Source: Chrysomallon squamiferum
Taxonomy: Eukaryota > Animalia > Mollusca
DNA: 64,000 nucleotides
Direction: 5' to 3'
Assembly (NCBI GenBank): GCA_012295275.1
Contig: CM022670.1
Span: 35,526,001-35,590,000, forward strand
Shown: positions 1 to 12,319 of the stretch, one piece after another
Position numbering within the stretch: position 1 is the stretch's first letter
How the letters are laid out: the number at the start of each line of letters is the position of its first letter
The notes under the pieces: model-generated
Told to the model about the DNA's origin: nothing
The model's input: the letters and a program-made list of their open reading frames with translations, nothing else
The model's database searches: none
Made by a program: the position numbers and the translations under genes

Positions 1-316
1 TACTCTATCTCTGTACTCATGTAGACCTTCCACGACTGGGATAAAAACTGTCACCTATTAATACTATCTTAGTACTGCGAGTTACATTCAGATTGTCCTA
101 AAAGCTTGCTCTAGTTATCGCCCCTTTTCGAAGAAAACCCAATTACATGACGTGTTAGAATTTCCAGGAAGTGGTTCTATTTTTATTTCTTAATTCGGAT
201 TTGTGACGAATTAATCGTTTGGCAGGGCAAATATTACGTAAGTTATTGAGTACTTTAATATAAAGCAGCCGCCACAACAAAGATTCATTTATTACCGTTA
301 ACCGGTGAACTATTGT

Positions 317-483
317 GGACTGAAGTGAAGTGAAAAAAATTAACGTTCTAATCAGAGCAAGCTGTTGTGGAGCACGTCCACGACGGGCACGCTTTCTGAC
401 AGGTCAGCGGGCGTGGCCGTCGCAGAAAAGAGTTTTCGGTCGGAAGAGACTGGGTTCTCGTTATGATTGCAGGACACAAGGGA
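317..483. mobile_element. 167-bp insertion flanked by 12-bp target-site duplication (probable truncated retroelement)
   Basis: GTGAACTATTGT occurs at 305-316 and 484-495, whereas paralogous sites carry it once. The insert begins with (TGAAG)n/A-rich sequence, which could be a minus-strand tail. Confidence 0.7.
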
Positions 484-1074
484 GTGAACTATTGTAATTT
501 TATTATATCTATACGTTTACGACATTTGTCTCTACTCAGATTACAGAGACGTTACTGCAAAACAGTCTCATTTTACACAGGAGATCCGGGTTCTACATGT
601 TATTCGGGTGCCTGCTGTGCGCGTTCATAAAGGGAGCATTCAGATAGTTTAGATTTGAAAATGCTGTAGAAAGATATTCAGATAACTTCTGACAAATCAT
701 TGGGAGGTTAACAGACGAGTACACCAGACGGTGTTCAGATAGAACTGTTACGGAAAAATCTTTCAAATACATTATAAAAAAAAAGAGCTTTTTTTTTTTT
801 TTTTTTTTATGTTAATGTTAATGATGATATTATATATTATGTATATCCTATGTATATAATACTAATTAAATTAAAATAATACTTTACCTGGTCATTTTAA
901 CCCAACAGACCTAAGCAAGTCCATTTATTAATTAGGTAACTCTAGGCTGTCTTCTTAAGTAACCATTCTATATTGTCTTTGACAGAATGGGACAAGACCT
1001 TTGATTCAGTGGATGATTTGTTTTAAAATGTTTTTGTATATACATACAAATATACATACGTATACAACATATAC

Positions 1075-1121
<47 letters not shown>

Positions 1122-1646
1122 TATTATTATTTTTGTTATCGTTATCATCATTATTATTTATTTACGTATTTATTTATTTATTTATTTGTTTATTTATTTA
1201 TTTATTCTTAAACGAACGTTAAAGGAATATGAATTCTATAAAATTATTAAAATTTTAACATCGTTCGAGTAATGAAACTGTTAAGTTTCTGCACCTGCAG
1301 TAATAAGGATAGACATAACTTATATACTGCTAAGTGTAGAACAAAACATTAAAACAAATAATGTCGAAGACATTAAATAACGTACTTTCTGCACAGAAAA
1401 ACTAAGTAATAATGTCCAAAGCATTAAAATGGCATACTATCTACAGCTAAAAACTAAGTAAACACTTATGTAAATATGTACATTTATTGATTTTGTTTCT
1501 ACTTTTCTTTTACTATTTTTTTCTATTATTATTATTTCATTATTTTTATACGTTGACTGATTTCTTTATTTACTATCATCATTATTTTCTCATCATTATC
1601 ATCATCAACATCATCATCATCATCATTTTTCTACTTTCCTAGAACA

Positions 1647-2290
1647 ATGGGCTTAAGAAGTTCCAAGTTAGAAAGCTATTTCTTAGCTGACAAAGAACCC
1701 GGTGAAAACATTTACAAGTACATTGACAGAATGGTTCAGCCAGATAGACCTTATCTCGAAATGTGTGCCCAGACGGTTGATGAAGTTGTACAATACCTCT
1801 TTTAAATTATTTTTTTAAAGTATTCCTGCAGCAGTTTTGTGACTCTTTGATCTAGAACAACCAAATACCAATGTCGCATAAGTACTAGGCATTTTTTTCC
1901 TTTCGTTTACATACTAACTAAAATTCGAAATTTTCTGATGAAGTTATCCGAAATTAATATATGTACATGTGTGTGTCTGCATGTGTGTGTTTGTTTGTGT
2001 GTGTATGAATGTGTGTGTGTGTGTGACCTGTGCGTGAGAGTGTGTGTGTGTGTCATTTTCGATAATATAACGACAGACTTCCTATTTATTCAGGAAACAA
2101 ATGTAGTACATGAGAATAACATACGTTATACTTTTCACATTTCTCATATCCTTTTATTTACAGAACACTTCCATATCTTCTTGACCCGGCCAATCCATTC
2201 ATGAATGCAGCACCGAGTCCACAAAAGGCTCTTATTGTAAGCACGAAGGCAAAAGAACTCCTTGACAACTGAGATCGCATATTTCCATAA
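1647..2290 (+). pseudogene. OAS-like pseudogene A (internal deletion from exon 1 to intron 4)
   Basis: Exon 1 (MGLRSSKLESYFLADKEPG…VVQYL) breaks at ~1797 into intron-4 sequence (compare ~9213). Exon 5 at 2164-2290 has a TGG->TGA premature stop. Confidence 0.85.
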
Positions 2291-3144
2291 CAGAAATAAA
2301 TTCAGGATTCTTTGTGCAATATGATTATAGGTGAAGGGCTGAAAAATATAAACTTTTCACAATAAGATGTATTTCTTGGCAGTCTAGAATCTAGTCTAAA
2401 ATAATTGTTTTGTTTGACAGATATTTCAATCATTGCTGATTTTTCTTCTTATCGTTACTGATAGTTTATTCTAATCCGAAAAAATGGCTTCTATTGAAAG
2501 TATTAATGTGGTGTAATTCATATTTCCTGGTGTTGTTTTGTTAGTAACATCATTGTTTCAGTTCAAGAAACGAAGTATCTAAAATAATTACATTAATCAT
2601 TTAGTCTCACAATTTAAAATTAATTAGTTATGAAGTATAATCAAGATTTAAGAATGACTAACAGAAACTAAGTTTGATATTAACTGTAATAATTAACGTT
2701 TAATTACGAAATACAGTTATAAAACAATATGTTTACAATTGCTTCAGCGTTTTTTATTTTTATTTTTAAGCAAAACAAAAAGCGATATAACACAAAACTC
2801 ACAAGATTAAAAATAAGGTAAAAGGAACAGACAGTTAAAATCACTGGTTCAACAGATATGTCATTTCGGTGGGCATAATAAAATTTGATACCTCGTTATG
2901 TTTCTAAAGTCATGTGAAATTATTCTTATAGATTATGTTTAGCTGTCATTAAAAGTTGCACTGTTTATAAAAAACAAACAATAGAAAACAGGAAAAAAGA
3001 CAACACTCGAGCGAAGGCTGATGTACACAAAGCAGTTTTCCGATTCTTTTTCTTCTGTATCTGACAGTCTGAGTTTTACTTTAAAACAGAAAAACAAAAG
3101 CAACGCGTTTAGTCCATATTCCGGATCGGGTCAGTTAACAATTT

Positions 3145-3818
3145 CTATGCAGTTGGAACAAATTTCGTTGATTCTTCGACCTTCTGAGTTCTGGATTTGG
3201 GTTTACCCTTCTAGACATCGAATTTTCCTAATTTCACTTCGGTCTCAATTTTCTTAGCTTCGGGGGTGTCCATGGCAACGCAGTACTTATCCACTGAAGA
3301 GAGAAGCAAATCTGTTTGGTCTTCTTCAAGGTTTTCATCAGAGAGGTCTGAGAAATGACGCATGTTTCTGGAATAGTTTCAAATAATATTTTCAGAATCC
3401 TATATCTGACTAAAAAATGAAAAGCATATTTCTCGTACAGTAGTATAACGAAAAGTATGGATTAGAAGCTATAATTAATATTATCATCCACATCATCATT
3501 ATTATTATTATTATTATTGATATTATTATAGGTGATTATTTTTGTTGTTGTTATATTTGATTACTTTTTAATTACATTTATTTGCTTCTTATGAATTACT
3601 TAAGAGAGTCTGTAATAACTGTTTTGTATAAAAGTGAAAACCGAACTAACCAGCATGCTCGTTGGGGTAGGAGTTGGCGTCTTTGCAATGAATTTTCTCA
3701 TGGTGGCACTGTGGTTCTGGAATGAGGTAGCTGAACACGAAGGGAGTGGGGACAGTATAGACGTTACCCTTTGGTCCTTCGTATTCGACTATCCACTGAC
3801 CGTCAAAGTCACTGCACA
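3145..3818 (-). pseudogene. Vitellogenin VWD exon plus terminal exon remnant
   Basis: CLCSDFDGQWIVEYEGPKGNVYTVPTPF… plus a deleted version of the terminal exon. Confidence 0.7.
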
Positions 3819-4213
3819 AACACACACACACACTTTACAGATAGATTTTTTAAACAATGTTTTTTTTTGTTTTCATTTTCTGCATTGCATTGCTTCTTTT
3901 TTTTCCGAAATTAATCTTCTTCGGTTATAAGTAATTTTTATTATTAGAATAATAATAATATCAATCTTTGAAAATTTCTAAGAGGCTGGAACACATTTCA
4001 TATGTTCTGCCACATTCTTAGTGATGGATTTGGGTTTACCCTTCCTAAATTGACTTCGGTATCAATTTTCTTAGCTTCAGAAGACCCAAACAACTTCATC
4101 TATTAATTAATCACCATTCTGTATTGTCTTTGACCAAATGGAACAAAACCTTAAATCCCTTATTTTATGCGTACGCGTATGTATGTGTATATTATTAATA
4201 TTCATATTTTCAA

Positions 4214-4279
<66 letters not shown>

Positions 4280-4966
4280 ACTTCTTATCAAAATTTCTCA
4301 GTATCCCTGTGGACCAGTTGGTGATCAACTGTTATAAGCGAAATGCTATTTATAGACTGATATTTAAGAAAGTACGGTTAGTACCTGATCCTACTCTATC
4401 TCTGTACACATGTACACCTTGCACGACTGTGATAAAAACTGTCACCTATTAATATTATCTTAGTATTGCAAGTTACATTCAGAATGTAGTTCGTATGACG
4501 GTTGTGTTATTCATAAAGGAAGCATTCAGATAGATTTTGTTAATCTTTAGATGTGAAATACCTTCAGAGAAATTTTGAGATAAGTAACGACAAATAGCTG
4601 AAAGTGTAATAGCCGATGTACGACAGAGTTGTAGATAGTTTTCTGAAAGAATTGTTACGGAGAAAGTTTTTATATACAATATTATAATACCTTTCTCTTT
4701 TTCTTTTTCATTATTTTCATTTCATTTGTTTTGTTTTCTTTTTTCTTCGTATGTGTGTGTGTATGTCTGAATGAGGAACCTTAATACTAACTAAATTAAA
4801 ATAATATTTTACCTGGTCATTTTGACCAAACAGATCTAAACAAGTCCATTTATTAATCAAGTAATCATTCTGTATTGTTTCTCAGCAAATGGAACAAAAC
4901 CTTTAATCACTGATTGATTTTATATATGTATGTGTCTATATAAATATATACACATACATATAAATA

Positions 4967-5025
<59 letters not shown>

Positions 5026-6309
5026 AACTTGTTGTCAAAATTTCTCAGTATCCCTGTGGACCAGTTAGGGTTCAACTGTTATGATCGAAATGCTATGTAT
5101 AGACTGATATTTAACAAAGTACGGTTAGTACCTGATCCTACTCTATCTCTGTACACATGTACACCTTGCACGACTGTGATAAAAACTGTCACCTATTAAT
5201 ACTATCTTAGTACGGTAAGTTACATTTGGACTGTCCTAAAAGCTTGCTCTAGTTATCGCCCCTTTTCGATGAAAAACAAACAACATGACGTGTTAGAATT
5301 TACATGTTATTCGGGTTCTACATGTTATTCGGGTGCCTTCTGTGCGCGTTCATAAAGGGAGCATTCAGATAGCTTAGATTTGAAAGAGCTGTAGAAAGAT
5401 ATTCAGATAGCTTCTGACAAATCACTGGCAGGTTAACAGACGAGTACACCAGATAGACGGTGTTCAAATAGAACTGTTACGGAAAAATCTTTCAAATACA
5501 TTGTTTCTTTCTTCTTCTTTATTTTTTTTTTTCTGTTAATGATGATATTATATATTATGTATATACTATGTATATAATACAAATTAAATTAAAATAATAC
5601 TTTACCTGGTCATTTAACCCAACAGACCTAAGCAAGTCCATTTATTAATTAGGTAACTCTAGGCTGTCTTCTTAAGTAACCGTTCTATATTGTCTTTGAC
5701 AGAATGGGACAAGATCTTTGATTCAGTGGATGATTTGTTTTTAAATATCTTTTTTTATATATACATAGAAATATACATACGTATACATATACATACATAC
5801 ATACATACATATATGTATATATATATGCACACACATATTATTATTATTGTTATCATTATTGTTATCATCATCATCATTATTATTTATTTATTTATTTATT
5901 CTTAAACGAACGTTAAAGGAATATGAATTCTATAAAATTATTAAAATTTTAACATCGTACGAGTAATGAAACTGTTAACTTTCTGCACCTGCAGTAATAA
6001 GCACTAGACATAACTTATATACTCCTAAGTGTGGAACAAAACATTAAAACAAATAATGTCGAAGGCATTAAATAACGAACTATCTACAGAGAAAAACTAA
6101 GTAATAATGTCGAAAACATTAAAATGTCTAAAAGCTAAGTAAGCACTTGTGTAAATATGTACATTTATTAATTTTGTTTCTACTTTACTTTTTTATTATT
6201 ATTATTTCATTATTTTTATACGCTGACTGATTTATTTATTTATTATCATCATTATTCTCTCATATTCTCATCATCATCATCATCATCATTTTCCTACTTT
6301 ACTAGAACA

Positions 6310-7014
6310 ATGGGCTCAAGAAGTTCCAAGTTAGAAAACTATTTCTTAGCTGACAGAGAACCCCGTGACAACATTTACAAGTACATTGACAGAAAGATTC
6401 AGCCAGATACTCGTTATCTCGACATGTGTGCCAAGACGATTGATGAAGTTGTACAATACCTGTACCAAAACCTTTCGTCTAAACTTCAAGAGGCTCTGTG
6501 TGGGAATCTGGATAGTTATCTGTTGAAAGAAGTCAACGTCAAGGAAATTTTGAAGGTACACGCATTTGGAAGTTTTCTTCGTTTTGGTTTTTATACATTT
6601 CTATATTTCTTTATTTTTTTTATTTATAATTTTTTTTTTATAGTTTTTTTAGTTTTTATTTAATTTTTTTTTTTTTTATTTTTTTTTAACTAATTTTTTT
6701 ATATTTATTTTGTTGATGTGTGATATTTAGTTCTTTTTTACGTTAATAAATACGAATATCATCGACAACAGCAATATCTCTCAGGACGATGATGATAATG
6801 ATGAAGTTGTGATCAGTAAACTGTCTTCCTCTTACTATTGCGTAGATGATGTGTGCATGTGTGCGCTTATTTCTTCGATGCAAAAGAGAAATATATGTCT
6901 CTGTGTTTAAATAAGTATATGTGTGGATGTTTATCTGTGTATATGTATGTGTAACATATCAAAACATACTTATATGTGAACTTGTTGCTGTATGTATTTT
7001 TCTTACATACATAC

Positions 7015-7065
<51 letters not shown>

Positions 7066-8736
7066 TTACATTTGTAGAACACGTCTCACCTTCTACAGAT
7101 CATTAATTTCGAATTAAAAGGACTTTTTTAATCTGAAGAATATATCAACATACTGTTTTATCTTTCTTACTTTTCAGAGCGGATCACTTGGCAAATCGAC
7201 TGCCGTGAAAGAAAAATCCGACATTGATTTAATCATTTTCTTGAACGGGATATCCAGTATCAAGGAACTGAGTGAACTAATGCCCAACATACTGGGCTGT
7301 TTAATAAACATGATATCAGAAATGTTGATCAGCAGCAGCAGAATGAAATATATTGAAGTCAAACGCGTGACGAAGTTTTCCGTTGGTCTCATACTAACAA
7401 CTCGTGATGGTTCAGAGATTGAAATGGATTTGCTTCCAGCACTGGACATCACTCAGACACGTACGTAGATTATTCATAGTATTTTAAAATTATTACAATT
7501 TCATTACATGCAGCCAAACTCCTACATACTACTTAGGTAAAGTATTAATTGTGTGGAGACTGAGACTGTGACTGTCGCAGTCGCTCTTCACAGCAGCATG
7601 CTCTGATCAGCACGTTAATTCTTCACTCACTGTTTATACAGCATTAGTCCGAACATTCAAAACAAATTTTAGACTGTTGGTTATAATGCTGTTTCAGAAG
7701 ATCAACATTCATTTAAGTGTATCTTTCTTGGTACCAAGAATTAATCTAAACACATTAATCTTTTATAATTAATATTTTGTTCTGCACCGTTCACTCATAC
7801 AGCCACATTAACACAATTATCACTGCCACATGGTCATGATCCGTCTTGATTTCCAAACAAATCTGACAGAGGACGTGCATGTGTGCATATTTGCTGGATA
7901 TATGTCCATTTCTGTGTTTATTGTACTTCATTGTCAAACACCTGGAATCAAATAACAAAGCTCTATATACAACGTTTACACAGGCAAACCTATATTTTAC
8001 CCACAGAATCTTTGTTGTATATTTATCAAGAAATGGATTCCTGTGATGAAGACCTTCGACGATATTACTCTTCAAGTCTCTCGCCAATTCAAAAAAATTT
8101 CGTAAACAGATTTACCTACCCACCCAAAGTGAAAAATCTCATCAGATTCATGAAATTTTGGGCAAAGGTATGTTGTAGTTATAACAATATTTTTAACTGC
8201 TTCTCAAACATTGGTTTCCTTTACTTATAATCTGTATATGTATTTACTTTTTCCTAAAAGGAAATGTTCCTAAGAAATAATTGCGGTGAAGATTTTTATT
8301 ACCGTCGTTCTTTATTATTATTTGCCTTTGTCACTATATTCTTCTTCTTTTCACCATCATCGTATTTTTATATGTAATATCGTCTTAGAAAATAAATTCA
8401 GTTATACTTCAATCAATCTTCTGTTACTTTAGTTTTCCCCTCCTCCTTCTTCTTCTTCTTTACTTTTAAAATTCTATTATCACACAGGTAGAAGACGTTC
8501 CGCTCAGATCCTATTTTATTGAATTATTAGTCATCTACAACAATCGGATGAATAATCGGGAGTACTCGCTGAGCTGCAGCTACTCAGACTTTGCCCTTTA
8601 TGATCATATGAAAGAGTGCCTACACATTCTTACCAAATGTCAGACGTTGAAGATAACTTTCTCAGACCACTACAACTACAGAGACTATGGGAAACCACCT
8701 CTTTCGTTAGTATAATATGAATTTTAAATTCTTCGT

Positions 8737-8831
<95 letters not shown>

Positions 8832-9394
8832 CGTGAAGACAAATTCTGTGAAACAGTTTACTATTTTTATTGTTTTTATTATGAACTTGTTGTCTTTTGT
8901 CTTTGAAAATTTATTACGACGTTTTTGTTTTTTTTGTAGAACTTTTACGTGCTAAATAAAACGGTTCGAAAAATCACTGTGTCATCATTCCATAATTTGC
9001 TTTCATCTATCATCAGGAAGAGTTATTTTCATATACACTCATATATTTAAGAACAAAATAAGGTTTCATAACCAATGCCAGGGAATAGGATATAGTTCAA
9101 AGTCCGCACCGAGGACGATAGTAATTCTTTATTTTCTTTCCTTTAATATTGAACGCTCGAAAGTAAGAAATCGAAGAATATTCCAACATTTGATATATTA
9201 AAATTTTCATTGTCTTTTAAATTATTTTTTTAAAGATTTCCTGGAGCATTTTTGTGGCTCTTTGGTCTAGAAAAACCAAATACCAATGTTGCGTAAGTAC
9301 TTGGCATTTTTTCCCTTTCGTTTACATACTAACTAAAATTCGAAATTTTCTGATGAAGTTATCTGAAATTAATATATGTACATGTGTGTGTCTG

Positions 9395-9439
<45 letters not shown>

Positions 9440-9703
9440 CTGTGCGTGTGAGTGTGTATGTGTGTCATTTTCGATCATATAATGACAGACTTCCTATTTA
9501 TTCAGCAAACAGATGTAGTACTCTGAGAATAACATACGTTATACTTTTCACGTTTCTCACATCCTTTTATTTACAGAACACTTCCATATCTTCTTGACCC
9601 GGCCAATCCATTCATGAATGTTGCACCGAGTCCAGAAAAGGCTGTTATTGTAAGCAGGAAGGCAAAAGAACTCCTCGACAACTGGGATCGCATATTTCCA
9701 TAA
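6310..9703 (+). CDS. OAS: 2'-5'-oligoadenylate synthetase-like protein, copy B, intact, ~344 aa, 5 exons
   Basis: Exons 6310-6555, 7178-7460, 8007-8167, 8488-8705, 9577-9703, all GT-AG, phases 0,1,0,2, frame open to TAA. Motifs SGSLGKSTAVKEKSDIDLIIFL (P-loop + DxD), IEMDLLPALD (third Asp), QKNFV..PPKVKNLIRFMKFW, SYFIELL and YLLDPANPFMNV match OAS1 GGSSGKGT..SDADLVVFL, EFDVLPAFD, KLKSLIRLVKHW, YALELL and ILDPADPT. Confidence 0.9.
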
Positions 9704-10545
9704 CAGAAATAAATCAGGATTCTTTGTGCAATATGATTATAGCTGAAGGACTGAAAAATATAAACTTTTCACAATAAGATGTATTTCTTGGCAGTCTAGA
9801 ATCTAAAATAATATTTTGTTTGACAGATATTTCAATCATTGATGATTTTTCTTCTTATCGTTATTGATAGTTTATTCTAATCAGAAAAAATCACTTCAAT
9901 TGAATGATCAAGAAAGTATTAATGTGGTGTAATTCATATTTCGTGTTCTCCTTTTGTTAGTAACATCATTGTTTCAGTTCTAGAAACGAAGTATCTAAAA
10001 TAATTAGATTAATCATTTAGTTTCACAATTTAAAATTAATTAGTTATGAAGTATAATCAAGATTTAAGAATGACTAACACAAAATAATTTTATATTAACT
10101 GTAATAATTAACGTTTAATGACGAAATACAGTTATAAAACAATATGTTTACAATTGCTTCAGCGTTTTTTTTTTTTCATGTTTAAGCAAAACAAAAAGCG
10201 ATATAACACAAAACTCAAAAGATTTAAAAATAGGGTAAAAGGAACAGACAATTAAAATTACTGGTCGAACAGATATGTCATTTCGGTGGGCATAATAAAA
10301 TTTGATACCTCTATATGATTCTAAAGTCAGGTGAAATTATCCTTACAGATAATGTTTAGCTGTCATTAAAAGTTACACTGTTTATAAAAAACAAACAACA
10401 GAAAACAGGAAAAAGACAACACTCGAGCGACGGCTGATGTACACAAACAGACTTTTTCTTCTGTAATTAACAATTTTTACTTTAGAAAACAAAAACAAAA
10501 GCAACGCGTTTAGTCCATATTCCGGATCCGGACAGTCAACAATTT

Positions 10546-10812
10546 CTATGCAGTTGGAACACATTTCGTTGGTTCTGCGACCTTCTGAGTTCTGGATTTG
10601 GGTTTACCCTTCAAGACATCGAATTTTCCTAATTTGACTTCGGTCTCAATTTTCTTAGCTTCGGGGTTGTCCATGACAACACAGTACATATCCACTTTTC
10701 TTTCACCTGTTGTTGGGGCCTTGCATTTACGTGGACAGCAGAAGAGAGAAGCAAATCTGTTTGGTCTTCTTCAAGGTTTTGATCAGAGTGGTCTGAGAAA
10801 TGACGAAAGTTT
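10546..10812 (-). pseudogene. Vitellogenin terminal exon remnant
   Basis: Homologous to 54123-54400 with a small deletion. Smaller remnants at ~25290-25760, ~30670-30780, ~37830-38020, ~41360-41550 and ~60375-60480. Confidence 0.65.
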
Positions 10813-10968
10813 CTGAAATAGTTTCAAATAACATGATCAAAATCTTACGTCTGGCAAAAGAAATACGACAGCAAAATGCGAAAAATTATCGATTAGAAGG
10901 TATTATTAAAGTCATCACAACATCGACTTCATCATGATTACTATTATTATTGTTGTTGTTGTGGTTAC

Positions 10969-11029
<61 letters not shown>

Positions 11030-12319
11030 GTTGTTGTTGTTAATATTATTTTATATTATTTGTTTATTTATTTTTATTTTATTTATTATTATTATTATTA
11101 TTATTAATGCAGTTCTTGCTGTTAACATTTCTCGGTATCGTAGAGGACTAATCAGTTATAGCTGATAATTAACACTTATAATAGGAAGCTGTTTATATAC
11201 TGATATTTTAGAAATTACGGTTAGTAAGTTTATTTACATTTAATCACCTGATCCTACTCTGTCCCTGTACACATGTACCGCTTGCGCCACTGTAAACCTG
11301 CTAATAAAAAGAGTCATCTCTATAAATATCGCGTTATCAAAAGAGCTGTTAGGCTAAAGGTTGTCAAGAAAGCTTGCTGTAGTTATCGTCCTTTTTTGAT
11401 AAAACAAATAAGATGACGTGTAGGAATTTCCAAGCAGTCGTTCTCGTTTCACTTTTTCATTCGGATTTTTAACACATAATCCGTTTGGCAGCGCAAATTT
11501 TAGGTAAGTTACTTTGTAATTTAATATAAAGCAGGCGCCAAAACAAAGATATATTTTTTATTTGCCGTTAATCGGTGAACTATTGTAATTTTAACATAAT
11601 TTAGGGAGATACAGCAAAACAGTCTGTTTACATAGGAAACCCGGGTTGTACCCTTTACCTGGTCATTTCAATCGAAAAAAACCTAATCAAGTCCATTTAT
11701 TAATTAGTTACCTTACACAGGAGACCCGGGTTTCAGGTAATTCGTATCACTTTTGTGAGTGTCTTGAAATAATTATTACGGAGAAATATTTTTAATACAT
11801 TCAAATAATTTTTCTTCTATGTTTCTTTTTATTTTATTTTATTTTTTCTGTTGTTGTAAATTAGGATATCATATTAATTTTAAAGAACCTTTTAAATATA
11901 ATAGTAATTAAATTAAAATAAAACTTTACCTGGTCATTTTAACAGAACAGACCTAAGCAAATCCGTCTATTAATTAGGTAACGCTGGGCTGTCTTGCTGA
12001 CTAACCTCTCTATATTGTTTTTGACCGAATGTTATAAAACCTTTGAAAAATTAATTCTTTAAATATTACTGTTCGTTATTTCATAGTTTCTTCTATAACT
12101 GATTAAAATGCTAATATAATTCAAGAGACAAAAATGTTAATTTTTTGCACGTCCAGCAATAAATACTAGTCATAATATATATATATATATATATTATCAT
12201 GATGATCATCATTATCCTCGTCATCATTAACATCATCAGAGACATCGTCATCATCATCATCATCACCATTATTGTTGTTGTTGTTTTTGTTGTTGTTGTC
12301 ATTTTACTTTCCTAGAAAA

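Noticed and set aside
6295-6310. Acceptor before the ATG as a spliced-leader trans-splicing site
   Set aside because: Plausible cis donors exist upstream, and nothing in the sequence requires trans-splicing.
7174-7452. Recurrent minus-strand ORFs (MMSSAGSKSIS…, MYLQNFLDVD…)
   Set aside because: They are antisense shadows of OAS exons 1 and 2.
7178-7460. Bacterial CD-NTase/CBASS or cGAS-like identity
   Set aside because: Spliceosomal introns and OAS-specific motifs (GSxGKxT, KxLIRxxKxW, LDPAxP) favour animal OAS, and there is no operon context.
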